Positions 25,993 to 35,089 of a stretch of DNA of 47,223 nt are shown here, piece after piece. How positions within the stretch are numbered: the stretch's first letter is position 1; every line of letters starts with the position of its first letter. The DNA lies in NCBI GenBank assembly GCA_049799275.1, contig JBARHO010000247.1, forward strand, positions 1 to 47,223, in the 5' to 3' direction. Position numbers and translations under genes: made by a program. The notes below the pieces were generated by a model, which searched no databases, was not told the DNA's origin, and saw only the letters and a program-made list of their open reading frames with translations. Source of the stretch: Thermoplasmata archaeon (GTDB lineage Archaea > Thermoplasmatota > Thermoplasmata > Lutacidiplasmatales > UBA184).

Positions 25993-27270
25993 ATGGTCGA
26001 GCTGAGCACCCTCGCCTACTACGCTCTCCTCGAGATCTTCATCCTTCTGGCGCTGGCCGAGGTGGTCCATACCCTCGGTAACCGTATCGGACTGCCGCAG
26101 ATCGTTGCGGACCTCCTCGTCGGTCTGGTCGTCGGCGGCTATGCGGTAGGCGGCGTGATCAATCGGCTCATCGGGTTCTCCCTGTTCGATGTCACGAACG
26201 ACTACGTCCAGGTCTTCGCGTTGTTCTCGGTCGTCCTGCTCCTGTTCGCCGCCGGCCTCAGCGCCGGCTTCTCCAGCCTTCGGGCCGCGGGCCCCTACGC
26301 GGTGATCGCGGCCATCGCGGGAGATCTCCTCGCGTTCTCGTTCAGCTTCCTCGTCTTCTCCCGGTTCTACCCGCTTGCGGCGGCCCTGTACATCGGTGTG
26401 GCCTGCGCGGCGACCAGCACCGCCGTGGTCGCGTCGCTCATCCGGTCCGAGGGGATCGGCGATACCCAGGGCGCCCAGTTCCTGATCACGGTCGCGGCGA
26501 TGGACGACGTCGTCGCGTTGATCCTCCTCTCCGTCGTGCTGACGATCGTGGGCGGGAAGCTCGACATCCTCGTCGTCACGGGGACCGCCGTCGAGGCCCT
26601 GGTCGCCTGGGTGGTGCTTCTTTTCGCCTCGGTCCTCGTGATCCCGCGGCTGCTCCGGCTGCGCGGGATCCGAGAGATCCAGGATATGCCCCTCGTCATC
26701 CTGTTCGCTCTCGTCGCCATCGTCGTGTCCCTGGGCTTCTCGGCCGTCGTCGGGGCGTTCATCGCCGGATTGGCGGTCGCGGAGAGCCTGGTCGCTCCAC
26801 GCACCCGCCAGATCACCGAGGTCTTGCTCGCCATCTTCGGTTCGCTGTTCTTCGTCGTGGTGGGCGCGGAGTTCGACGTAGGGCTCCTGCGGAACCCCTC
26901 CCTCGTCGTGCTCGCGCTCCTGCTATCGGCCCTCGCCATCGGAGGCAAGGCGCTCGGGGTCTATCCGTTCGCCCGATTGCGGCTCGAGAGCGCCGCCGAT
27001 GCCCGCGCCGTCACGCTGGGGATGATCCCCCGCGGGGAGATCGCCCTCATCATCGGGGCGATCGGGCTTACGGCCGGCGTCCTGGACCAGCAGATGCTGG
27101 GGGAGATCCTCCTGATGGCCATCCTCACGACCCTGATCGGGGCGGTCCTGTTCCGCCGGGACGTCACGCTCATCCGGCAGCGTCGGGCGATCGGGGCCTC
27201 CTGGGATACGGGCGAAGGGACCCCCGACGAGACGAAGGTAGGACCCGGCGAGACGCCTAGTCCCCCGTGA
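25993..27270 (+). CDS. Cation:proton antiporter (CPA2/Kef-NapA type)
   Basis: About 12 TM helices. N-terminal LLALAEVVHTLGNRIGLPQIVADLLVGLVVGG is typical of Na+/H+ exchanger family proteins. Confidence 0.75.
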   Translation: MVELSTLAYYALLEIFILLALAEVVHTLGNRIGLPQIVADLLVGLVVGGYAVGGVINRLIGFSLFDVTNDYVQVFALFSVVLLLFAAGLSAGFSSLRAAGPYAVIAAIAGDLLAFSFSFLVFSRFYPLAAALYIGVACAATSTAVVASLIRSEGIGDTQGAQFLITVAAMDDVVALILLSVVLTIVGGKLDILVVTGTAVEALVAWVVLLFASVLVIPRLLRLRGIREIQDMPLVILFALVAIVVSLGFSAVVGAFIAGLAVAESLVAPRTRQITEVLLAIFGSLFFVVVGAEFDVGLLRNPSLVVLALLLSALAIGGKALGVYPFARLRLESAADARAVTLGMIPRGEIALIIGAIGLTAGVLDQQMLGEILLMAILTTLIGAVLFRRDVTLIRQRRAIGASWDTGEGTPDETKVGPGETPSPP

Positions 27271-28168
27271 CGTCCAGCAGGAACTCCCGGATGGTTCCGA
27301 TGAACTCGCGCGATTGCTCGTGGATCGCGAAGTGGCTGCTGTGGGGGAGCACCCGCAGATGCGCGGGCACGATCCGATCCGCCATCTCCCGCGAGGCGTC
27401 CAGGAAATAGTCGTACCGACCGACGAGCACCAACGTCGGGACCTCGATCTGGGAGTAGTACCGTCGACCGTCCCACCGGGCGATCGTCCCATCGATCTTG
27501 GACGCATCCCCCGTCCGGCTCATCATCGCCCGGTAGACCTCCGGGTTGAACTTGGTCGCCTTCCAGTCCTTGGGTGGCGATGTGAGGAACCGCATCGAGA
27601 ACGGTCGCTCGACCTCGTCGTTCAGAGCTTGGTACTCGGGCGAGTCGAACGCCTTCTCCCGCTCCAGCGCCCGGAGCCGGCGCCGCTGTTCGGGGGTCGC
27701 GGCCGAACGGACCCATCGGATCGATTGGCGTACCTCTTCGGCGCTCCCCGCGGTCGCGCACAGTAGGAGCGAGGTCAGCCGCGAGGGGTGACGGTGGGCG
27801 TACTCGAGGGCGGCAAAGCCGCCCGCCGAGTACCCGAGCAGGTGGAGCTCCTTGATGTCCAAACGGGCCCGGATCGCTTCGATGTCCTCGGCCTCCTGGG
27901 TCAAGGTGTAGGCGCTGGCCCGTCGGGGCTTCCACGAGTGGCCGACGCCGCGCGGATTGAACAGGATCACTCGGAGATGGGAGCTGGCCAGCTTCAGGAG
28001 CGGTCGAAGGTAATGGTAGGTCAGACCCGGACCGCCGGAGTGCACCAGCAGGGTGGCCGGTCCCTTCCCCTGCGCGACGTACTCGAAGGCCCGATTGCCG
28101 CGGACCGTCACCCATCGAGATCGGGCCATCCCCCGGGCAACCGGGTCCGGGCCATAAAGGTCGTGCAA
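27257..28168 (-). CDS. Alpha/beta hydrolase (proline iminopeptidase-like)
   Basis: LLVHSGGPGLT, nucleophile elbow LLGYSAGG, and a C-terminal HSSH region. Confidence 0.75.
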   Translation of the reverse strand: MHDLYGPDPVARGMARSRWVTVRGNRAFEYVAQGKGPATLLVHSGGPGLTYHYLRPLLKLASSHLRVILFNPRGVGHSWKPRRASAYTLTQEAEDIEAIRARLDIKELHLLGYSAGGFAALEYAHRHPSRLTSLLLCATAGSAEEVRQSIRWVRSAATPEQRRRLRALEREKAFDSPEYQALNDEVERPFSMRFLTSPPKDWKATKFNPEVYRAMMSRTGDASKIDGTIARWDGRRYYSQIEVPTLVLVGRYDYFLDASREMADRIVPAHLRVLPHSSHFAIHEQSREFIGTIREFLLDVTGD

Positions 28169-28422
28169 AGCACGAGCCGTCGGTCACGCGAGCTCCCCAC
28201 CGTCACGCCGGGTCGGGCCGATCCGGACCCCCGGATCCCATGGCCCGGGCCCGCCCGGCACTCGCATCCGGAGGGCCACGGCCGCGCCGCTCGGTCTACG
28301 GCGTACCGGATATGTCGGGCTCAGGCCCTCGTCCGGTTTGGGACAATAGCACGAACGAGCATATCTCTAAATACGCTATCCCACCGATTCTACAGGCGAG
28401 GTCGTACGCCGGGCGAGCTCGC

Positions 28423-29184
28423 ATGCTGATTCGGTTCCGTTTGCCCGGCACCCGCCCCCGATCCCGCCGAGCGGTCAGTCCGGTCATCGCGACCGTGCTC
28501 TTGGTCGCGATCACGATGGTCCTCGTGGCGGTGCTCTATGGGTACATCCAACCGAACTACCCTTCCCAGCAGCCCCAGTTGAACTTCGTCGCGGAAGGGG
28601 ACCAGAGCCAGCAGACGTGGGGGGATCCCACGGACTGCTCGAACACCACGAACGACGCGCAATGCAACAGCATCCCGGCCATCTTCGTGGTCTTCACGTC
28701 CTTCACGCCGGCGGTCATCCCGCTCCAGGACCTGCAGCTCTACCTGTACTGCAACGGAACGAGCCTCATCAACGGGACCTTCGCGTCGCTCGAGCTCATC
28801 CCCGGGACCGGTCAGAACCCCCCGTCGGGCTCGCCGACGCTCGGCGCCTGCGGAGGATGGTCCCCCAACCCGGTCGGTACCCACGCCACCTGGTTCAACC
28901 GGCTCCTCTACTTCCAGCAGGTGCAGACGAACCGCACCGTGCTCGCGGTCGGGGACATGTTCGTCGTCTACGCGCACCCTCCGCTGGGGTTCAAGGACTG
29001 GGGATGCACGCACGGGCTCTACCCCCCCGACTCGACCGAGTGCAGCGGGGAGGATGACGACTTCCACGGCGCTCCTCCCTGGTGCTACCAGGAGCCCGGT
29101 CTGTGCTCGGTCGTCTTCTACGACACGGCCGGCTCCGGCGCGGTCGTGGGCCAGGTACCGCTCTACGGCCTCGCTCCGCCCTAG
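28423..29184 (+). CDS. Archaeal type IV pilin-like protein (DUF1628-type N-terminus), Cys-rich ectodomain
   Basis: ATG at 28423. RSRRAVSPVIATVLLVAITMVLVAVLYGYI is the classic class III signal peptide plus hydrophobic helix. The ectodomain has 8 Cys and several N-x-S/T sequons. Confidence 0.75.
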   Translation: MLIRFRLPGTRPRSRRAVSPVIATVLLVAITMVLVAVLYGYIQPNYPSQQPQLNFVAEGDQSQQTWGDPTDCSNTTNDAQCNSIPAIFVVFTSFTPAVIPLQDLQLYLYCNGTSLINGTFASLELIPGTGQNPPSGSPTLGACGGWSPNPVGTHATWFNRLLYFQQVQTNRTVLAVGDMFVVYAHPPLGFKDWGCTHGLYPPDSTECSGEDDDFHGAPPWCYQEPGLCSVVFYDTAGSGAVVGQVPLYGLAPP

Positions 29185-29290
29185 ACCGCTCTCGCGTTCG
29201 AGCTCTCCGAGCCCTCCCCGTTCGGGACCGGTGTCGTTCGTCCGATCGCCCTTCCACGCGCGGATCGAGATCGCCGTACGCACTGTGGGC

Positions 29291-31234
29291 CTAGGTCCCG
29301 CTCACGAGGTGGAACGTACCGGCCAGCAGTAGGATGGTCAACCCTCCGAGAACGGTCAGCCGGAGGATCGCGGCGAAGGCGATCCGAAGGCGGTCGGGCG
29401 CGACGTCGGAGGTACCATCGTCGGTGGGGCGATCGGCCCGGACCACGTGCCCGGAGCTCGCACCGTCAGTTCCCCGCAACGCAAGCGGGAGACCGGCGAG
29501 AAGGAACCCTACGATGAACCCGATGACGGCGAGGGCACCGAACCCGAGGCCCAGCACGAGCACCCCGACCGTGAGGAGGGCCAGCGGTACGAGGGTCCGC
29601 GTGGACCGCCAGGCGATCGCCTCCCCCTGCCCGGAGGAGCGAGCGATCTCGACCTTCCGAACGTCCGTAAAGAGGATCCAATCGAGAACGATGGCCCCGA
29701 GCGCCCCGATCATCAGGCCGAAGAACACGAACGGATCGTTCACCGCCAACTGGGTCGCCAGAGAGACGACGGTGATGCTCTCCGCATTCGCGAGGACCAC
29801 CACATAGGACGCCAGGAGACCCAACGCGGTGATCGCGGCGATCACCGGGGCGAGCCCGGCCGCGGCCGTCCGGGCCGCGACGGCGGAACGATGGAAGAAA
29901 TCCCCGAGCTCGGACGAGATGGTCGAACTGGTGGCGGCCCCGGCGACCGCGGCGGTGGACCCACAGGTCATGGCGACCCCGCCGAGCATCAGGGCCGGGC
30001 CGGCGAAACCGACCATCGCGGCCCCCGCGATGACCAATCCGAACAGGTTGAAGTCGAGGCCGACCCCGGCGAGATCCGTGGGTCCGCCTCCCCAACCGAC
30101 CGCGGCATACGCGCCGACCGAACCCAGCGTCACTGCGCCGAAGGCGAGCGCGGCCGACGCGCGTCCCGACCACCGGGCCGCGGTGGCGACCTCGGGCACC
30201 CGCTCCCCCGTCGGGCCCAGGTCACCGGAGGACCCCTCAGAACGGGACGACCAGGGGAGCAGGAACGCTGCCATCGCCACGAACCCGGCCGCCGTCCCCG
30301 AGAGCCCGGCCAAGAAGACCCCGAAGTTGGAGCTCATCACGAGAATGACCAGCATGGCCTGACCCAGGACCGTCACGAAGACCGCGACGAGCAATCCGAG
30401 ATAGAGCGCCCCCGGCGTCGGCCCCGGTCTCGAGTTCGAGGCGATCGCCGTCCCCACGATCGCGGCGACGACGCCCCACGCGCCGATCAAGAGCGGAAAG
30501 AGGATGCCGTTCGAGAAGAGATCGCGAGGTACCGAGTCCCGGTACGCGAAGAGCGCCGCCGCACCCGCGCCGACCAACAGGGACGCGAGGAGGTCGCTCG
30601 AGAGCAGAGCTCCCTCAGAGAGCGCCGCCGAGAACGATCCTACCGGGTCCCGCGTCGGTCGAGCGGAGGGGACGGGACCGGTCGGACGGAGGCTGCGCAG
30701 GGTGAGCGCGCTCAGGCTGATCAGCGAGGCGCCGACGGCCACCCCGACCAGATCGGCCACGTTCCCGTTCGAGGCGAGATAGACCGCCAAGAGCATCCCG
30801 AACACGCCGGCCAGGATCGCGCATCCGAACGCCGAGGCCGCGACGACCGGCTCGGAACGGGCGCGTATGGGACGCTCCCCCTCGAGATCGTGCGTGAGGC
30901 TAAGGAACGTACCGACGCAGGCCACGACGGCCAGCAGCATCAGGAGGAACGCGCCGACCGCGCCGACCAGGAGGCTGAGGGCGATCCCGGAAGAAAGGTG
31001 CGACGGAACGGAAACGATGAGGATCGCCAGGACGGCGGCGAGGCCAAGTCCCGGTCCGTACTCCTTTCCGATGGATCGGGCCCCGGCCCGACGCAAGGCC
31101 TGGCCCTGCTTACGGACCTGCTCGGTCGGGCGATGACGCCCCCGAAGGAAGACGAACTGCATCGCGGAGTACGCGATCGCGGCGGCCGTCAGCAGCATGA
31201 TCGCCGCTTCGACATCGAGCTGCGACCACGTCAT
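29291..31234 (-). CDS. Polytopic membrane protein, divergent membrane-integral pyrophosphatase (H+/Na+-PPase) homolog lacking most catalytic motifs
   Basis: 647 aa, about 14-16 TM helices. Collinear blocks against the recalled M-PPase sequence are GKEY near the N-terminus, AFGCAILA...VY....ADLVG, SSDLLASLLVGA and SAVAARTAAAG. The DNVGDNVGD and [10 protein letters not shown] positions are replaced. Confidence 0.55.
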   Translation of the reverse strand: MTWSQLDVEAAIMLLTAAAIAYSAMQFVFLRGRHRPTEQVRKQGQALRRAGARSIGKEYGPGLGLAAVLAILIVSVPSHLSSGIALSLLVGAVGAFLLMLLAVVACVGTFLSLTHDLEGERPIRARSEPVVAASAFGCAILAGVFGMLLAVYLASNGNVADLVGVAVGASLISLSALTLRSLRPTGPVPSARPTRDPVGSFSAALSEGALLSSDLLASLLVGAGAAALFAYRDSVPRDLFSNGILFPLLIGAWGVVAAIVGTAIASNSRPGPTPGALYLGLLVAVFVTVLGQAMLVILVMSSNFGVFLAGLSGTAAGFVAMAAFLLPWSSRSEGSSGDLGPTGERVPEVATAARWSGRASAALAFGAVTLGSVGAYAAVGWGGGPTDLAGVGLDFNLFGLVIAGAAMVGFAGPALMLGGVAMTCGSTAAVAGAATSSTISSELGDFFHRSAVAARTAAAGLAPVIAAITALGLLASYVVVLANAESITVVSLATQLAVNDPFVFFGLMIGALGAIVLDWILFTDVRKVEIARSSGQGEAIAWRSTRTLVPLALLTVGVLVLGLGFGALAVIGFIVGFLLAGLPLALRGTDGASSGHVVRADRPTDDGTSDVAPDRLRIAFAAILRLTVLGGLTILLLAGTFHLVSGT

Positions 31235-31370
31235 CGATCATGTGGCGTTCGGTCGCGTTGGCTCCGACCGGAACGGTCGAGGAATTTACCTCTGGACCGG
31301 CATTTATAACCTTGGACCGATCATAAAACCGCGCGTGGGGCGATGCGGTCGCTGCGGACGCTCGCGCGCG

Positions 31371-32687
31371 ATGGGGCGGGGGGCGCTGCTCACGATCTCC
31401 GTGATCGTGCTCCTGGGCTCTGCTCTGGATCTGGGGGCCGTTCGCACGGAGGCCCGAGGGATCGGCCCGGACCCGGGGTCGCGATCCTTCTCGACGGGGG
31501 CGGACGCGACCGCACCCGGGGCGTACATTCCTGGTTGGTCGAACATCACCGGGCCGGGGGACGTCCAAGTGCTTCCCGGGTCCCGACAGGGCGCGGCGTG
31601 GGCCTACGATCCGGCTCTGGGCCGTGTGGTCCTGTACGGCGGAACGGGGCCGGGGAACGTCGTCCTGAACGACACCTGGACCCTCGTGCCTCGGAACATC
31701 ACGTGGGTGCCGGCCGACCCGGCCGAGGTGAGCGCGGACCCCTCCCACCTTCCGGAGCCCTTGCCGCCATTGACCAATGCTTCGATGGCCTACGATGCGG
31801 TCGACGGATACCTGCTCCTCTTTGGCGGAGAGCTCCCGAACGGGAGCGCGTACAACGGCACCTGGTCCCTCTCGGGATCGGTGTCGGCCGGCCTTGAGTG
31901 GACGGATCTCACGCCCACGCTCGCGAGCGGACCCGGACCTTGTGCGTCTCCCAAGATGGTCTACGACAACGAGTCCGGTTCGATCTTCCTCTATACGGGG
32001 GAGGCCCGCAACAGCACCTGGCAGTATCATGACGGCAGTTGGGGACGGCTTCCCAGCGTGTCGATCCCCCCGCCGAGGCGAGGAGGAGCGCTCGCGTACC
32101 TGCCGGGCGACGAGGGGGTCCTCCTGTTCGGGGGGGAGTCGATCGCTACCGTCTTCCGACCGTCGGTGGCCCTCAACGATACCTGGCTCTATGAGGACGG
32201 CGGGTGGTCGACCCGCCCGCTCAACGGCTCTCCCCCGGCCCTTCCCTACGTAGGGATGGATTACGACGGCGTCCTGGACAAGGTCTTCGTGGTCGCGGGC
32301 GGACCGACCCTGCAGACCTGGACGCTCTCCCCCGAGAGCTGGACGTCGGACTGGACGAACGTGACGGCGGCCGGACCGACGACACCCTCGGGTCGGACCG
32401 GCTACGGGGTGCTCTACGACCCGGTCGATGGCTGGACGATGCTCTTCGGGGGCCAGACGTGGGGCTCGTCCTCCGCGGAGCTCAATGACCTCTGGGTCTG
32501 GGACCATCCGGCCTCTTCCCAGGACCCGGCCACGGCGGCGGCCCCCATCCCGTGGATCCTCTGGGTCGGTGCGGCCCTGGGCGGCTCGGTCGCGATCGCC
32601 CTCGCGGTCGTATGGGTCCGGTGGCCCCGCCAGCGAAGTTCCGCCCCGGTCCCGAACGGTCCCCCTTCCGCGCCGGCCGAACGATGA
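31371..32687 (+). CDS. Secreted Kelch-repeat beta-propeller protein with C-terminal TM anchor
   Basis: Signal peptide MGRGALLTISVIVLLGSA. Six blades marked by LYGG/LFGG...NDTW repeats. C-terminal WILWVGAALGGSVAIALAVVWV plus a basic stop-transfer sequence. Many sequons. Confidence 0.75.
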   Translation: MGRGALLTISVIVLLGSALDLGAVRTEARGIGPDPGSRSFSTGADATAPGAYIPGWSNITGPGDVQVLPGSRQGAAWAYDPALGRVVLYGGTGPGNVVLNDTWTLVPRNITWVPADPAEVSADPSHLPEPLPPLTNASMAYDAVDGYLLLFGGELPNGSAYNGTWSLSGSVSAGLEWTDLTPTLASGPGPCASPKMVYDNESGSIFLYTGEARNSTWQYHDGSWGRLPSVSIPPPRRGGALAYLPGDEGVLLFGGESIATVFRPSVALNDTWLYEDGGWSTRPLNGSPPALPYVGMDYDGVLDKVFVVAGGPTLQTWTLSPESWTSDWTNVTAAGPTTPSGRTGYGVLYDPVDGWTMLFGGQTWGSSSAELNDLWVWDHPASSQDPATAAAPIPWILWVGAALGGSVAIALAVVWVRWPRQRSSAPVPNGPPSAPAER

Positions 32688-32752
32688 GACCCGGCCTGAA
32701 GGTACGTCTAAAAAATCCGCGGGTCGGACCGCCGGCGCCGCCGGATCGGCCG

Positions 32753-34300
32753 TCAGATCAATCGGGTCAGTGAGTACGGCGCGGGCGACCGAAGGTCCTG
32801 TTCCAGCACATACTCCGGGGTGTAGGGACGCTCCCCGCGGACGACGATGCGGCCGCGACGATTGCTGATCCGAAGGTGCACGGCCGCGACCGTCGTGGAC
32901 TCGCGGAAGTCGGGATCGTCGCTCCGTCCGATGCCCACGAGGTACGTGTTCCGGGGACCGAACATCATTCGGGCGAGCCGAGGGAACATCTCGCGGACGC
33001 GGATGTCCGCCGAGGGAGGGACCAATGCCTCGATCCCCGACAGGTACGAGATGAGCAGGTTCGGGCCCGGCCGCCTTCTCGCCGCCCTCGTGAAGGCAGC
33101 GTCCGGAACGCCGGGGATCGAGAGCTCCTTCCGGGTCCACGTGATCCGCTGGGGCGAGAGGAAGAGCGATGGGGCCTCTCGGGCCATCGTGGCGTTCGGG
33201 AACAGGCTCAGGATGCGGAGCCGGTTCTGAAGTTCGTTGGCGGGGATCTGGTCGCGGATCCCTACAAAGAAATCCTGGGTATCGAGCGTCGGAGGTGGTA
33301 CGAGCAGGACCCGGCCCTTGCACCGCATGGCGACGGTCATGATCGGAAAGAGCAGGATGCGGTGGACCGACCGCGGTACCTGAGGTTCGAGCTCGATGAG
33401 CGTCAGGGCGTTCGGTTGCAGCCGACCAAAGGCCCTCTCGAGGTCGCGGCTGCCCGGGAACATGGAAGAGATGTTCTCGGAGCGATCGGGCTCCGGGGGA
33501 CGCGGCGTTGCGCCCGACGGGGGGAACCGCGGGAACACTCGGAACCGGGCACCGTCGAGGGTGAAGGGATAGTTCGCGGTCTCGATGCGAACGCTACGCA
33601 ACTTCTCGAAGGAGAGCCACCGCTCGATGTGCTCACCGGAGGCCTCGGAGGCGATCACGCAGATCCCGTCCACCAGGTAGTCCAGGTGGGTGCGCTCGGC
33701 GGACTCGTTGATCAGGACCGTCTTGAGGTTCTCGCTTTGCAGCAGGGAGAGGAGGAACCGCTCCATGTCCTCCCGGGCGGGGACCCCGTCCACCAAGGGC
33801 TCGGAGCGCCCCAGGTACTGCTCGATGAACGCGTCCCAGCTATCGAGGACGACCATGCACGGGGTCGAGCGGTCAAGTCGCGCCCAGGCCTCCTGGACCG
33901 CGCCCGGGAGCCACAGTCGCTCGTTCCGGGTGCGGTCCTCATGGTCCTGTCGCACCCGGTTCACCAGGACGGAGAGCCGGGCGGCCTCCTCCGCGGAGCT
34001 CGGGCTCGCGCTCAGGTCCAGGACCTTCCACGGGTCCTTCACGCGCGCGAGCGGGAGCCACGGGAACGACCGGGCGAGGTCGCTCGGGCGTACCCGACCC
34101 GAGATGTAGAAGCGCTGGCCCGCGAAGAGCTCGAGGAGCGAGAGCGCGAGCGTTGTCTTTCCAGAACCGGGAGCTCCTCGGACGAGCAGGGTCTGTGGTC
34201 CCGGTCCGCTGAAGAACTGGCGCAGCTCGTGGGGGAGTACGATCCGGCTCGAGCTGGCGGATGGCTTCAATCCGAGGGCTGCTACGGGCGGAGCGCACAA
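32753..34300 (-). CDS. Two-domain RecA-superfamily ATPase, KaiC-like / GvpD-like
   Basis: Walker A LLVRGAPGSGKTTLALSLL and Walker B CMVVLDSWDAF. KaiC-type ending FTLDGARFRVFP, then a second P-loop-less domain of similar size. TTG start, uncertain. Confidence 0.6.
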   Translation of the reverse strand: MCAPPVAALGLKPSASSSRIVLPHELRQFFSGPGPQTLLVRGAPGSGKTTLALSLLELFAGQRFYISGRVRPSDLARSFPWLPLARVKDPWKVLDLSASPSSAEEAARLSVLVNRVRQDHEDRTRNERLWLPGAVQEAWARLDRSTPCMVVLDSWDAFIEQYLGRSEPLVDGVPAREDMERFLLSLLQSENLKTVLINESAERTHLDYLVDGICVIASEASGEHIERWLSFEKLRSVRIETANYPFTLDGARFRVFPRFPPSGATPRPPEPDRSENISSMFPGSRDLERAFGRLQPNALTLIELEPQVPRSVHRILLFPIMTVAMRCKGRVLLVPPPTLDTQDFFVGIRDQIPANELQNRLRILSLFPNATMAREAPSLFLSPQRITWTRKELSIPGVPDAAFTRAARRRPGPNLLISYLSGIEALVPPSADIRVREMFPRLARMMFGPRNTYLVGIGRSDDPDFRESTTVAAVHLRISNRRGRIVVRGERPYTPEYVLEQDLRSPAPYSLTRLI

Positions 34301-34603
34301 AACGCTTCGCGCGATGGGCGTGGTCCGACCGACGGTCCCTTCTGCGTCGGTCGCCCCGATCCCATCTTATGGACGCGGGACGGGCGGCCCGTTCTCCCCG
34401 TTCGGACGGTCGGGTCACCGGGGTCCGGGGACCCGCACTCTTCCGGCTCGTTCCGGCGTGTCGGGGACGATCCCGGGAGCGTTCCGACGGAGCCCGTACG
34501 ACCCCTGTCCTACAAGTGAGGTCATTTCTGAGAAAGTGAACCCTTAAGGTCCCGACCAGGGTCCCGGTCACAACGTGCCGGGAACGTCGAGGGCCGAGCG
34601 GGC

Positions 34604-34987
34604 ATGACGCGGAACCACTGGGGCTCCCCGGTCTCGTTCCCCTGCCCGGTGCCGAAGTGCACGGATTTCTACCATAGTAGCAGCGGGCTCGAGAGCCACT
34701 TGAGGACGGAGCACTCGTTCCTGAGCCAACGGGAGCGGTCGCTGTTGAGCGAACAGGTCCGGCGACAGCTGGGATGGCCGAGCCGTAGCTCGCACCGACG
34801 CGAGGAGGAAGAGCAGGCCTGGAAGGACGCGGTGGTCCCCCAGATCTATCGAAGGCTGGGGGTCACGATGCTCGACTCGAACGCGCCCGACGCCAAAGAG
34901 AGCGAGATCCTGCCCGGCGCGGTCGCCCCGGCTCCCAAACCGGTTCCAAGGGCCCGATCCGCGCGAAAACGTCGTCGACCGTCCTGA
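34604..34987 (+). CDS. Small C2H2 zinc-finger protein with a basic C-terminal tail
   Basis: CPVPKC-x12-HLRTEH fits C-x4-C-x12-H-x4-H. The C-terminus is PRARSARKRRRPS. Confidence 0.55.
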   Translation: MTRNHWGSPVSFPCPVPKCTDFYHSSSGLESHLRTEHSFLSQRERSLLSEQVRRQLGWPSRSSHRREEEEQAWKDAVVPQIYRRLGVTMLDSNAPDAKESEILPGAVAPAPKPVPRARSARKRRRPS

Positions 34988-35089
34988 AGCGAGGTCACGA
35001 TCGGCCGCCGTCCCCGCGGGATCCGGATCGGCCGAGCTGGTTGACCGAGGGAGCACCAGCGCGGGAACGTCCGAGGGAGCTCGCGACCC

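Noticed and set aside
29447-34519. Long shadow ORFs 29447-31309(+), 31110-33323(-) and 32876-34519(+), of 547-737 aa
   Set aside because: These are low-complexity Arg/Gly/Pro/Asp translations overlapping the PPase-like, Kelch and KaiC-like genes on the opposite strand or in another frame. The alternative frames have TM helices, Kelch repeats and Walker motifs.
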